Sequence record: SRR31156797_5435
Length of the DNA: 64,000 nt
Direction: 5' to 3' (one strand)
Below, piece by piece: positions 1 to 9,312 of this stretch (position 1 is the first letter of the stretch; each line of letters begins with the position of its first letter). The position numbers were made by a program, and so were the translations under genes. Under the pieces are notes generated by a model. It saw nothing but the letters and a program-made list of their open reading frames with translations, was not told the origin of the DNA and did not search any database.

Positions 1-612
1 CTTTCAATGATCTTGACCTCTTTTATGGCCTATGCTCTTTCAAGAAAATATTTGCATGGACGTGGCATCTTCAATTTTATTGTCGTATTTACGATGTTGT
101 TTAGCGGAGGGATGATCCCAAGTTTTATTTTGGTACAAAGCCTCGGCTTGATCGATTCTCTCTGGGCACTGATCTTACCGAGCGCCATCAGTGCATATAA
201 TATGATCATTATGAGAAACTTTTTCCAAGGGATTCCTGATAGTTTAGAGGAATCAGCAAAAATGGATGGTTGCTCTGATTGGGGCGTCTTTTTCCGTATC
301 ATCTTACCTCTTTCCTTACCATCGATTGCGACGATCTCTTTGTTCTACGCTGTTAGTTATTGGAATACTTATCAATCAGCGATTTTGTACATCAATGATT
401 CAGCGAAATGGCCGATCCAAGTGCTCCTTCGACAAATCGTGATTGTCTCCAGCGGGATGAACGCCGATGCCGCTAGTGTCGATGTTGTCCCCCCAGCACA
501 ATCCGTGAAAATGGCCGTGATCGTCGTTGCGACTTTGCCAATGTTGATCGCCTATCCATTTGTCCAGAAGTATTTCGTGAAAGGTGCCATGGTTGGTTCC
601 GTCAAAGGGTAG
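1..612 (+). CDS. Carbohydrate ABC transporter permease (LplC/YtcP-like), 5'-truncated by the window edge
   Basis: EAA loop 'SLEESAKMDG', hydrophobic helices and the C-terminal 'YPFVQKYFVKG..VGSVKG'; frame is open back to base 1. Confidence 0.9.
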   Translation, partial: LSMILTSFMAYALSRKYLHGRGIFNFIVVFTMLFSGGMIPSFILVQSLGLIDSLWALILPSAISAYNMIIMRNFFQGIPDSLEESAKMDGCSDWGVFFRIILPLSLPSIATISLFYAVSYWNTYQSAILYINDSAKWPIQVLLRQIVIVSSGMNADAASVDVVPPAQSVKMAVIVVATLPMLIAYPFVQKYFVKGAMVGSVKG

Positions 613-624
613 CCAACAGGCAGC

Positions 625-675
625 AAAGAAAAAAAGCGTTTTTTGATCGTTGATCAAAAAACGCTTTTTTTCTTT
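625..675. terminator. Bidirectional intrinsic terminator
   Basis: Perfect 24-bp inverted repeat AAAGAAAAAAAGCGTTTTTTGATC-gtt-GATCAAAAAACGCTTTTTTTCTTT between convergent genes. Confidence 0.85.
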
Positions 676-2888
676 TAATCTTTGGATCGTTTGCGATACT
701 CTCCGGGTGTCATCTGTTCTTTCTTTTTGAAAAAGCGGATGAAGTTTTGAGAGTTGGTATACTGTAGGTTGGCGGCGATTTCTTTGATGGTCAAATCGGT
801 TTCTCTTAACCACTTTTTCGCGACTTGCAATCGATAGTTTTGTAAGTAATCGGCAAAATTGATGGATAATTCCTTTTTAAACACATTACTTAAGTAATTG
901 GCATTATAATGCAACTGTTCAGCAATGCTATCTAAGGAGAGATCTTGGTCGTATTGTTGGTGTACGATCAAGACCATCTTTTCAGACAAGGAGCGAATTT
1001 CTCGATCTGTTTTGGCTTGTGTCGTTTCAACGATAGGTAAAACTAACTCTTGATAGATGATTTGCTCAACTTTGAACAAACTGGTTTGGTTGAGCACGGA
1101 TTGATAGACTTTACGACTATTCTGCAAGCTAGTATGATCTGCTCCTAGGAGTTGCCCTAGCTGAACGATACTGTTGATCAACTTAAACAAGGCACTTTCA
1201 ATCGTCAACGGATTTTTGTTTTCATGAATGATTTCGCGTACGACTTCTGTGTAACTCGTTTTGATGGTCGCTAGATCCCCACTACGCATTGCATCCAAAA
1301 AGGTGCTTTCTGCTTCTCTAGGGTACTGAACGATCGCGTTATTGTCTAATTGTGCCGCAATGTCGTCAAAAAAGATAATGACTTCTTCCCCTAAATTCAT
1401 TCGATAGTGCAAGGCTTCTTTAGCGTTATCAACCGCTAATTTGGTTTCTACGAGGCGGTCGTAGGATTGTGAGACCCCACAACTTATTTTGATTTTCAAG
1501 TAATCTTTTGCCGCTTGATGGATCTTTTGACAATAGGTCAATACTTGTTTTTGGTCAACTGATTCAGGAAGCTTTAAAATTGTTCCTTGGGTTTCTTGAC
1601 TGGAGATGATTGGCTGAAAACGCAAATTCGCCGGAATGATTTCAGAAACGAGATTCTCGATGGCAAGCAAGAATATATCAATAGTCGCTGTTTCTCGTCC
1701 ACACAAATCATCGATTTGAATCAGTAATACGGCATAGTGTTCCGTTTCGGATACTTCATACCCAAATTGTGACAGTTTTAAGTGACTATCTGCTTCTGAG
1801 ATACAGCCGCGAAACAAGTTTAATAAAAACAAGGATTCTAACTCGGGCTTTTGGTGTTCAACTTTGACGGCGAGATCGTGGTTTTGATGTAAGACCTGGT
1901 CGATATCGGAAATCAACTGATTGACTTCTAATTTCTGACCTTGTTTTTTGGGCTTTAAAAGCTCACCGATCCGATTAATGGGTGAGGTAGCCACGATCGC
2001 AATGCGATAGGATACTAATAAAAAGAGGATGATCAAAAGACTGCCAATCACGATCAAACCGCTTCTTAATTCACGGATTGCTTGCGAAACACTGGCAGGT
2101 GACAGACGGATCACATGATACCACTGATTGTAATCCGATTGTGTGACCACATACTTATTGTTTTCTTTGTCATTGAAGATACCATCGTCGTGGGCAGCTG
2201 CGATCATTGTTTCGTGTAAGTCAGAATCGATCACTTCACCATTATCGAAAAGCAGTTGTCCGTCCGCATGAAAAATATTCAAAAAGGAATCGTCATGATC
2301 TGCCACCAACTGCGCAATGGTATGGTCTTGGATTTCAGCGATCCCCAAAGCAGTGGTTTCCTGTCGAAAAACAGGCAGCGTCATCACCATTTTTAAATAG
2401 CCATCTTCTGGCAACCAATACAAGTAGCGTTGGTTGTCGATCAACGCTTGAAAAGCAGCGAATTCAGTATCATCGATCTGTTTTAAGGAGCCTTCTTCGA
2501 TTTTCCAATGCTGATTCAAATTCACCAATTGGTAGCTGGCGTTTTCGATTCCCATCACACCAATGTAAGCCAGTTGCGAATTGATCTCGCGCACTTGTCG
2601 ATAATTCGTCACGGAAAACGGCTGTTCCATCGTATCGGAAAAGCTTTGCGTACTGCTATATGTAGAAAAGGCATACTCCACCATCTGAATTTTTTGATCC
2701 AGATTTTCTTTGACTTGGTTGACCAAATTATGTTGACTTTGCAAAAACGTTTCTTGAATGTTTTGATACGTTCGATGATAAATGACCCCACTAAACCCAA
2801 TGATTAAAGCGCTACCAATTAGAAAAATCAAAATAAATATTTTATAAAACAAGTTGGATGTTTGATGATAGCTTAAAAAGAATTTCAT
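675..2888 (-). CDS. Membrane-anchored AraC-family regulator (YtdP/YesS-like)
   Basis: Two TM segments flanking a sensor-sized region; C-terminal AraC HTH 'LSLDSIAEQLHYNANYLS...SQNFIRFFKKKEQMTPGEYR'. Confidence 0.85.
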   Translation of the reverse strand: MKFFLSYHQTSNLFYKIFILIFLIGSALIIGFSGVIYHRTYQNIQETFLQSQHNLVNQVKENLDQKIQMVEYAFSTYSSTQSFSDTMEQPFSVTNYRQVREINSQLAYIGVMGIENASYQLVNLNQHWKIEEGSLKQIDDTEFAAFQALIDNQRYLYWLPEDGYLKMVMTLPVFRQETTALGIAEIQDHTIAQLVADHDDSFLNIFHADGQLLFDNGEVIDSDLHETMIAAAHDDGIFNDKENNKYVVTQSDYNQWYHVIRLSPASVSQAIRELRSGLIVIGSLLIILFLLVSYRIAIVATSPINRIGELLKPKKQGQKLEVNQLISDIDQVLHQNHDLAVKVEHQKPELESLFLLNLFRGCISEADSHLKLSQFGYEVSETEHYAVLLIQIDDLCGRETATIDIFLLAIENLVSEIIPANLRFQPIISSQETQGTILKLPESVDQKQVLTYCQKIHQAAKDYLKIKISCGVSQSYDRLVETKLAVDNAKEALHYRMNLGEEVIIFFDDIAAQLDNNAIVQYPREAESTFLDAMRSGDLATIKTSYTEVVREIIHENKNPLTIESALFKLINSIVQLGQLLGADHTSLQNSRKVYQSVLNQTSLFKVEQIIYQELVLPIVETTQAKTDREIRSLSEKMVLIVHQQYDQDLSLDSIAEQLHYNANYLSNVFKKELSINFADYLQNYRLQVAKKWLRETDLTIKEIAANLQYTNSQNFIRFFKKKEQMTPGEYRKRSKD

Positions 2889-2991
2889 AGACTCCCTCCC
2901 ATTACCTAACTATCTTCTTTTATACTAGCACATCCCAGAAAAAGTTCCTATGTTATTTTGAAAAATGTTTCACGTGTGCATCCTTGGTGTA

Positions 2992-3020
2992 TTGACATTC
3001 TCGCGGGAACAAGCTATGCT
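2992..3020 (+). promoter_or_regulatory. SigmaA promoter of the LacI gene
   Basis: TTGACA (2992-2997), 17-nt spacer, TATGCT (3015-3020). Confidence 0.75.
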
Positions 3021-3050
3021 TGAATCAAGCAAAAAGGAAGAAGGTTTTCT

Positions 3051-4031
3051 ATGGTCACGATCAAAGATATCGCCAAAGTCGCTGGTGTTTCACATACAAC
3101 TGTTTCTCGTGCGCTAAACGATAGCCCATTAATCAAGCCAGAAACAAAAAAGAAGATCGCAGCCATCGCTGAATCTTTACACTATGTGCCCAATGTCAAT
3201 GCCAAAAGTCTGGTGAATCAGAAATCTTATATCATTGGTCTTTATTTTTCTCATCTATCCATTGGTACTTCCGATAGCTTTTTAGTCGAAGTGATCAAAG
3301 GAATCAGTGATACCCTACCATCCGAATATACTTTGACGGTTCATGAATTATTGCAATCCGATACATTTGATGAAGAGCCGAATCGCCTAGATGGAGCGAT
3401 CGTGATGAGTCAAAGTGATCGTGATGACGGCTTTATCGCTGCTCTTTCAAAGAAAAACATTCCCATCGTCGTTTTGAATCGTCAATTGCAGGATGCAACC
3501 TTGATGAATGTCACTAGTAATGATGCCCAAGGGGTCTATCAAATGATCACCTATGTGCTTGAACAAGGCTTTCGAAAGATCGCCATGATCGAAGGGATCG
3601 CTTCCTTTGGTTCCGCTAGAGAGCGTCGCAAAGGATTTATGAAAGCGATTCAAGAAAAGCAGCTTGTCTGCCCGAAAGAATACTTCGTTGCTGGCGACTT
3701 CTCTTTGGAAAGTGGTCAGCTGGGTGCCCAGCAACTACTCGCTTTACCTGAACCACCTGAAGTGATTTTTTGCGCCAATGATGATATGGCGATCGGTGCG
3801 ATCAATGCCTGTCATCAAGCAGGACGAAAGATCCCAGAGGAGATCGGTATCATCGGTTTTGATGATAGTTCTTTTTCTCCCTATACGTATCCCCCATTAA
3901 CAACGATCCGCAAACCAGTCTATGAAATGAGTCAATTGGCAGCAACTCTGCTGTTGCAAGCATTTGCCAATCAAGTAGTTGAGAAACAACATTTCTTTGA
4001 TACCTCGTTAATCATTCGTCAATCGCTGTAA
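3051..4031 (+). CDS. LacI-family repressor, ExuR-like
   Basis: 'TIKDIAKVAGVSHTTVSRALN' HTH and sugar-binding domain; directly upstream of uxaBAC. Confidence 0.9.
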   Translation: MVTIKDIAKVAGVSHTTVSRALNDSPLIKPETKKKIAAIAESLHYVPNVNAKSLVNQKSYIIGLYFSHLSIGTSDSFLVEVIKGISDTLPSEYTLTVHELLQSDTFDEEPNRLDGAIVMSQSDRDDGFIAALSKKNIPIVVLNRQLQDATLMNVTSNDAQGVYQMITYVLEQGFRKIAMIEGIASFGSARERRKGFMKAIQEKQLVCPKEYFVAGDFSLESGQLGAQQLLALPEPPEVIFCANDDMAIGAINACHQAGRKIPEEIGIIGFDDSSFSPYTYPPLTTIRKPVYEMSQLAATLLLQAFANQVVEKQHFFDTSLIIRQSL

Positions 4032-4056
4032 GCCTCTTGTTTTCAAGAGTGCTTAC
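4028..4056 (+). terminator. Hairpin after the LacI gene (weak terminator or stabiliser)
   Basis: GTAAGCCTCTTG-tttt-CAAGAG(t)GCTTAC; no U tract on the + strand. Confidence 0.4.
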
Positions 4057-4063
4057 GCAAAAA

Positions 4064-4077
4064 TGTTAACGTGTGCA
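4064..4077. promoter_or_regulatory. Putative ExuR-like operator upstream of uxaB
   Basis: TGTTAACGTGTGCA, a LacI-type CG-centred site; near-copy GTTTCACGTGTGCA at 2967-2980. Confidence 0.6.
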
Positions 4078-4101
4078 TAACTATTTTTTAAGGAGGATTC
4101 T

Positions 4102-5505
4102 ATGAAAAAAATTACCGAACAACCCCATCAAACCTATCCAGCCCGAGTGATTCAATTCGGGGAAGGCAATTTTATGCGGGGCTTTTTTAACTGGCAGCTG
4201 CAGCAAATGAACAAACAAGGGCTTTTTAATGGCAGTGCCGTTGTGGTACAGCCGATTGATCACGGCTTGAAAGAGCTGTTGGCACAACAAGAAAATCTCT
4301 ACACCGTTATCTTAGAAGGACTTGTCGATGGCGCTTTATCTCAAACATTTGAAGTCGTCTCCACCATTGATCAAGTGCTGAATCCTTATCAGCAATGGGA
4401 AGACTATCTTGCTTTAGCCGAAGACGAGCAACTTGAGATCATCGTTTCTAATACGACGGAAGCAGGTATTGCGTTTCACCCAGAGGATACCTTACACGAT
4501 ACCCCTCCCTACAGTTTCCCTGCAAAACTGACCGCTCTTTTGTATCGTCGTTTTCAACGACAAAAACCGGGATTTTTGATCATTCCTTGTGAATTAATCG
4601 ATCGGAATGGGGAAAAACTAAAAGAGATCGTCTTACAATATGCCGCATTATGGTCTTTGGAGTCAGACTTCGTCAACTGGTTAGAAAAAGAAAACACCTT
4701 CTGCTGCAGCTTAGTCGATCGGATCGTTCCAGGATATCCTCGCGATAAAGTGGCACAATACCAAGAGATTCTTGGCTATGAGGATGCCGTAATGGTCACT
4801 GCGGAACCCTTTATGCTCTGGGTGATCGAAGGAAGCGGCGTAGCCGAAAAGCTTCCCTTGCAAGAAGCTGGGTTGAATGTGATCGTGACAGAAGATATGA
4901 CCCCCTATCGTGAACAAAAAGTACATTTATTAAATGGTCCTCATACGGCGATGGTTCCACTCGGTCTTTTAGCTGGTTTAGAAACCGTTGAAGAAGTAAT
5001 GAACGACCGTGATTTTGCAGCCTTTTTGGATGGTCTTTTTCTGGAAGAGTTGATTCCAATGCTTGATTTGCCTAAAGCGCAGCTTGCAGCTTATGCGGAA
5101 CAAATCAAAGAGCGCTTCAGAAATCCTTATGTGAAGCATCAGCTGCAATCGATCGCTTTAAACAGCGTCTCAAAATTCCGTGCGCGTCTTCAACCAGTCT
5201 TAACTCGTTATGTCCAACAAAACCAGCAGTTACCAAAACGAATCACTGCCGCACTGGCAGGGTTGCTGACTTTCTATCTCACTCGACCTTTTCAAGATGA
5301 TGACCTAGTGACAACCATATTTCAGCAAGTGAAACAATTACCAGCAGAAAGACAGATCGCCACTCTATTAAAAAATGAGCAACTCTGGCATGCAGACCTG
5401 AGCTTTATGACAGCGACAATCAATGAAATGTGCGCATGTCTAAAACAAGACGGACCCTGCCAGTTACTTGCGTCGATTGACACCCCTGAGCCAAGTTTGA
5501 AATAA
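4102..5505 (+). CDS. uxaB: Tagaturonate (altronate) oxidoreductase
   Basis: 'QFGEGNFMRGF', 'SNTTEAGI', 'LVDRIVPGYP', 'KVHLLNGPHT'; RBS AAGGAGG. Confidence 0.93.
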   Translation: MKKITEQPHQTYPARVIQFGEGNFMRGFFNWQLQQMNKQGLFNGSAVVVQPIDHGLKELLAQQENLYTVILEGLVDGALSQTFEVVSTIDQVLNPYQQWEDYLALAEDEQLEIIVSNTTEAGIAFHPEDTLHDTPPYSFPAKLTALLYRRFQRQKPGFLIIPCELIDRNGEKLKEIVLQYAALWSLESDFVNWLEKENTFCCSLVDRIVPGYPRDKVAQYQEILGYEDAVMVTAEPFMLWVIEGSGVAEKLPLQEAGLNVIVTEDMTPYREQKVHLLNGPHTAMVPLGLLAGLETVEEVMNDRDFAAFLDGLFLEELIPMLDLPKAQLAAYAEQIKERFRNPYVKHQLQSIALNSVSKFRARLQPVLTRYVQQNQQLPKRITAALAGLLTFYLTRPFQDDDLVTTIFQQVKQLPAERQIATLLKNEQLWHADLSFMTATINEMCACLKQDGPCQLLASIDTPEPSLK

Positions 5506-5517
5506 AGGAGAATCTTT

Positions 5518-7029
5518 ATGTCCAGCACATTAACAGAAACACCCGCGCAACTATTGAAATTGCACCCTAATGATAATGTCGCAGTCGCATTAAAACCACT
5601 AGCTGCTAAAACGACCCTTTCATTTGAAGACCAAACGATCACCCTTTTTGAGGATATTCCACAAGGACACAAAATCGCCCTCAAAGATCTAGCACAATCA
5701 CAAGACGTGATCAAATATGGCTATCCCATTGGACATCTCTTAGCTGACGTGAAAACTGGCCAATGGTTGCATACCCACAATGTCAAAACCAACCTTTCTG
5801 GTACCTTAGCATACACCTATGCCCCTGATTTGCATCCCGTCCGTTATCCAAAAAGGGCTGCGACGTTCCAAGGGTACCGGCGGGCAAATGGCAAAGTTGG
5901 GATTCGTAATGATTTACTGATCGTGCCAACAGTTGGTTGTATCAATGGTATCGCTGAGATCATTGTTGAAAATTTCAAGAAGAATCATCCAGATCTTGGC
6001 ACTTTTGATCATATTACGATCCTTAAACATCCCTACGGCTGCTCCCAGTTAGGCCAAGATCATCAAAACACCCATCAAATTTTAATTGATGCGGTGCATC
6101 ATCCAAATGCCGGTGGCGTCTTGGTCTTTGGCTTAGGTTGTGAGAACAACACCGTTCCCGAGTTTAAGAAAAACCTGGGTGACTACGATCCAAAGCGCGT
6201 CAAATTTATGGTGGCACAGGAAAGCGACGATGAAATTGCGGTCGGCGAAAGCTTATTAGAAGAATTACTGGAAGCAGCAAAAGAGGATCAACGAGAAGCC
6301 GTTCCCTTGAGTGATCTAAAGATCGGGTTAAAATGTGGGGGTTCTGACGGGTTTTCTGGGATCACCGCCAACCCTTTGTTGGGGGCATTTTCTGACTTTT
6401 TAGTTTCTCAAGGTGGCAGCACGGTCTTGACGGAAGTACCCGAAATGTTTGGCGCTGAACAAGTCTTGATGGCGCGTGCACAAGATGAAGCAACCTTTGA
6501 AAAAATCCTCCATCTAATCAACGACTTTAAAGATTATTTCCTTGCTTACGGTGAACCGGTCTATGAAAATCCTTCTCCTGGCAATAAGGCAGGCGGTATC
6601 ACTACGCTAGAAGATAAGTCATTAGGCTGTACCCAAAAATCTGGGACTTCCGCTGTCGTCGATGTCTTAAAATATGGGGAAAAACTCCGTAAGCCAGGCT
6701 TGAGCCTGCTGGAAGGTCCAGGAAACGACCTTGTTGCCGCTTCTGCACTGGCTTCTGCCGATTGCCAACTCGTCTTATTTACTACTGGTCGCGGCACGCC
6801 ATTTGGTGCCTATGTGCCGACCATGAAAGTTGCCACGAATCAAGAGATTTATCATAAGAAACCCCACTGGATGGATTTCAACGCTGGTCGCTTGTTGGAA
6901 GAGCCGATGGAGGTCGTGCTGGAAGACTTTATTCAAGCGATCATCGATACTGCCAGTGGAAAACCGACTCGTAATGAAGCCAACAACGTTCGTGAGATCG
7001 CCATCTTTAAAAATGGTGTGACACTATAA
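5518..7029 (+). CDS. uxaA: Altronate dehydratase
   Basis: SAF domain 'HPNDNVAVAL', 'HPYGCSQLG', 'KCGGSDGFSGITANP', 'FTTGRGTP'. Confidence 0.95.
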   Translation: MSSTLTETPAQLLKLHPNDNVAVALKPLAAKTTLSFEDQTITLFEDIPQGHKIALKDLAQSQDVIKYGYPIGHLLADVKTGQWLHTHNVKTNLSGTLAYTYAPDLHPVRYPKRAATFQGYRRANGKVGIRNDLLIVPTVGCINGIAEIIVENFKKNHPDLGTFDHITILKHPYGCSQLGQDHQNTHQILIDAVHHPNAGGVLVFGLGCENNTVPEFKKNLGDYDPKRVKFMVAQESDDEIAVGESLLEELLEAAKEDQREAVPLSDLKIGLKCGGSDGFSGITANPLLGAFSDFLVSQGGSTVLTEVPEMFGAEQVLMARAQDEATFEKILHLINDFKDYFLAYGEPVYENPSPGNKAGGITTLEDKSLGCTQKSGTSAVVDVLKYGEKLRKPGLSLLEGPGNDLVAASALASADCQLVLFTTGRGTPFGAYVPTMKVATNQEIYHKKPHWMDFNAGRLLEEPMEVVLEDFIQAIIDTASGKPTRNEANNVREIAIFKNGVTL

Positions 7030-7049
7030 CCAAAGAAAAGAGGTTAAAC

Positions 7050-8438
7050 ATGTTTTTAAATGAAAACTATTTACTGCCAAATGAAATTGCTCAAACCCTT
7101 TACCATGACTATGCCAAAGAGCTGCCGATTATTGATTACCACTGCCACCTAGACCCGAAAGAAATCTATGAGGATCGGCCCTTTAAAACTATCACCGAGG
7201 CATGGCTAAGTGGCGATCATTACAAGTGGAGATTGATGCGCGCTTGTGGCGTACCCGAAGAAGCGATTACGGGCAATGCCAGTGATTATGAAAAATTTTT
7301 GGCATGGTGTCAAACAGTGCCAAAATTGGTGGGAAACCCCCTTTACAGTTGGACCCATTTAGAGTTAAAGCGATTTTTTGCGATCGATCTTCCCGTTACT
7401 GAAGAAAATGCCGAAACTTTGTGGAGGCTATGCAACGAAAAATTGCAGCAAAAAGACTTTACCCGAAGAGCTTTGATTGCTCGCAGTAACGTCGAGATCG
7501 TTTGCACCACAGATGATCCAGTCGATGATCTTCACTATCATCACCAATTAAGCCAAACAGAGCAACGTTTTCGGGTCTTGCCGACCTTTCGACCTGACAA
7601 AGCGTTACAAATCGACCATCCGAATTTTCTTACCTATGTTACCAAACTCGAAAAGAGTGTCGAAAACGCGATCACTACCTACGATGCTTTCTTGACAGCC
7701 TTGCGGGACCGTGTAACCTACTTTCACCAGCATCACTGCCGCTTGTCTGACCATGCGCTGGATACTTTAGTGTATGCTGCGGACGAACAGTTATCTCTTG
7801 AAGCAATTTTTGCCAAAGCATTAGCTGGAGAATCTTTGGAGGAAAACGAAGTCTCGTTCTTCAAAACCAATGTTCTAGTTGAACTGATGAAGCTGTATCA
7901 CGAACATGGTTGGACGATGCAATTGCATGTCCATGCGTACCGTAACTGCAATCAACGAATGTTTGAGCACTTGGGACCAGATACGGGCTACGATGGCATC
8001 AATGATCAACCACTGACTCAAAACTTGCAGAAATTATTGAACGCTGCTGATGCGCAGGACCATTTGCCTCAAACGATTCTCTACTCCTTAAATCCCAATG
8101 ACTATGATGCACTCGTCGCTTTGATGGGGTGCTTCCAGCAAGAAGGCAATAATAAATTGCAGTTAGGATCTGGCTGGTGGTATAACGACACCCGCGCAGG
8201 CATGCGTCACCAATTGACGAAATTCGCAGATGGCAGTGTGATCTTTAACTTTGTCGGCATGCTGACGGATTCAAGAAGCTTTTTGTCTTACACCCGTCAT
8301 GAATATTTCCGACGCGTCTTTTGTGAATGGCTTGCTGAGATCGTTGTACGTGGTGAAGCACCTGCTGATCTTCGTCAGCTAAAACCATTAGTAGAAAATG
8401 TCTGTTATCAAAACGCCAACAACTACTTCAAATTTTAG
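7050..8438 (+). CDS. uxaC: Uronate (glucuronate/galacturonate) isomerase
   Basis: 'PIIDYHCHL', 'GDHYKWRLMR', 'GMLTDSRSFLSYTRHEYFRR'. Confidence 0.95.
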   Translation: MFLNENYLLPNEIAQTLYHDYAKELPIIDYHCHLDPKEIYEDRPFKTITEAWLSGDHYKWRLMRACGVPEEAITGNASDYEKFLAWCQTVPKLVGNPLYSWTHLELKRFFAIDLPVTEENAETLWRLCNEKLQQKDFTRRALIARSNVEIVCTTDDPVDDLHYHHQLSQTEQRFRVLPTFRPDKALQIDHPNFLTYVTKLEKSVENAITTYDAFLTALRDRVTYFHQHHCRLSDHALDTLVYAADEQLSLEAIFAKALAGESLEENEVSFFKTNVLVELMKLYHEHGWTMQLHVHAYRNCNQRMFEHLGPDTGYDGINDQPLTQNLQKLLNAADAQDHLPQTILYSLNPNDYDALVALMGCFQQEGNNKLQLGSGWWYNDTRAGMRHQLTKFADGSVIFNFVGMLTDSRSFLSYTRHEYFRRVFCEWLAEIVVRGEAPADLRQLKPLVENVCYQNANNYFKF

Positions 8439-8448
8439 GAGAAAGACA

Positions 8449-9120
8449 ATGGAAAAAATCGTCATCGTCGGTGATTCCACCGCATCGATCAAAGAGCCTA
8501 GCGCTCGTCCAGAAACGGGCTGGGGTGAAAAGATCTCACGCTATCTCCCCCAGCATCAAATCGTCAACTTGGCAAAAAATGGGCGTTCCTCCAAAAGCTT
8601 CATTGAAGAAGGACGCTTGTTGCAGGCAAAAAAAGAACTATATGCTGGTGATTATCTCTTGATTCAATTTGGACACAACGATCAAAAAACAGATAGTCGT
8701 GGTACGACACCTGTAGAATATCAGCATAATTTAGCAACCTTCGTGCAAACGGCACGCCAGCAGCAAGCGACACCGATCCTATTGACCTCGATCACTCGTT
8801 TGCATTACGTGGACCAACAGCAACTTGATCCTTTGGCAGTCGGTCCTTACCCAGAAGCAATGCGTGCTTTGGCTACCTCCTTGGATGTGGTCTGTCTGGA
8901 TCTTTTTGCCGCAACACAACGGTTCTTTTCAGCACTGGAACCACAACAGGCGAAAACCTATTTTCTTCATTTAGAAAAAAACCAGCACCCCAATTATCCA
9001 GCCGGCATTACGGATAACACGCATTTGAATAACCAAGGTGCTACAGCCGTCGCCAAATTAGTTGCCAAATGTTTGACAAATGCTCCATTACCGCTTGCAC
9101 AACAAGTTTTGTTAGATTGA
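8449..9120 (+). CDS. SGNH esterase, rhamnogalacturonan acetylesterase-like (YesY/RhgT, CE12)
   Basis: 'GDST', 'GWG', 'GRSS', 'QFGHND', 'DNTH' blocks; start moved to ATG 8449 after AGGAGA. Confidence 0.88.
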   Translation: MEKIVIVGDSTASIKEPSARPETGWGEKISRYLPQHQIVNLAKNGRSSKSFIEEGRLLQAKKELYAGDYLLIQFGHNDQKTDSRGTTPVEYQHNLATFVQTARQQQATPILLTSITRLHYVDQQQLDPLAVGPYPEAMRALATSLDVVCLDLFAATQRFFSALEPQQAKTYFLHLEKNQHPNYPAGITDNTHLNNQGATAVAKLVAKCLTNAPLPLAQQVLLD

Positions 9121-9202
9121 AACTCATTGTTCGTGTTGAATCTTCCCCATTTAGATTAGAAGAAACCATGTATCCCCCAAACTGGTTCGTTTCAGAATTT
9201 GA

Positions 9203-9252
9203 AAGTGACCGCTTAAAGTTAGCATTTTTCGTCTAACTTTGAGCGGTCACTT
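9203..9252. terminator. 20-bp inverted repeat between convergent genes (terminator and/or IS-end remnant)
   Basis: AAGTGACCGCTTAAAGTTAG-10nt-CTAACTTTGAGCGGTCACTT, one mismatch. Confidence 0.6.
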
Positions 9253-9312
9253 CCTCTATTCTACTTAGTTTAAAAGGCTATTTAATGATTGAATTTTGAT
9301 AGAAAGAAAATG

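Noticed and set aside
8398-8448. Longer N-terminus for the acetylesterase, and similar extended starts in the ORF track for other genes
   Set aside because: Overlaps the upstream gene; RBS position supports the downstream start
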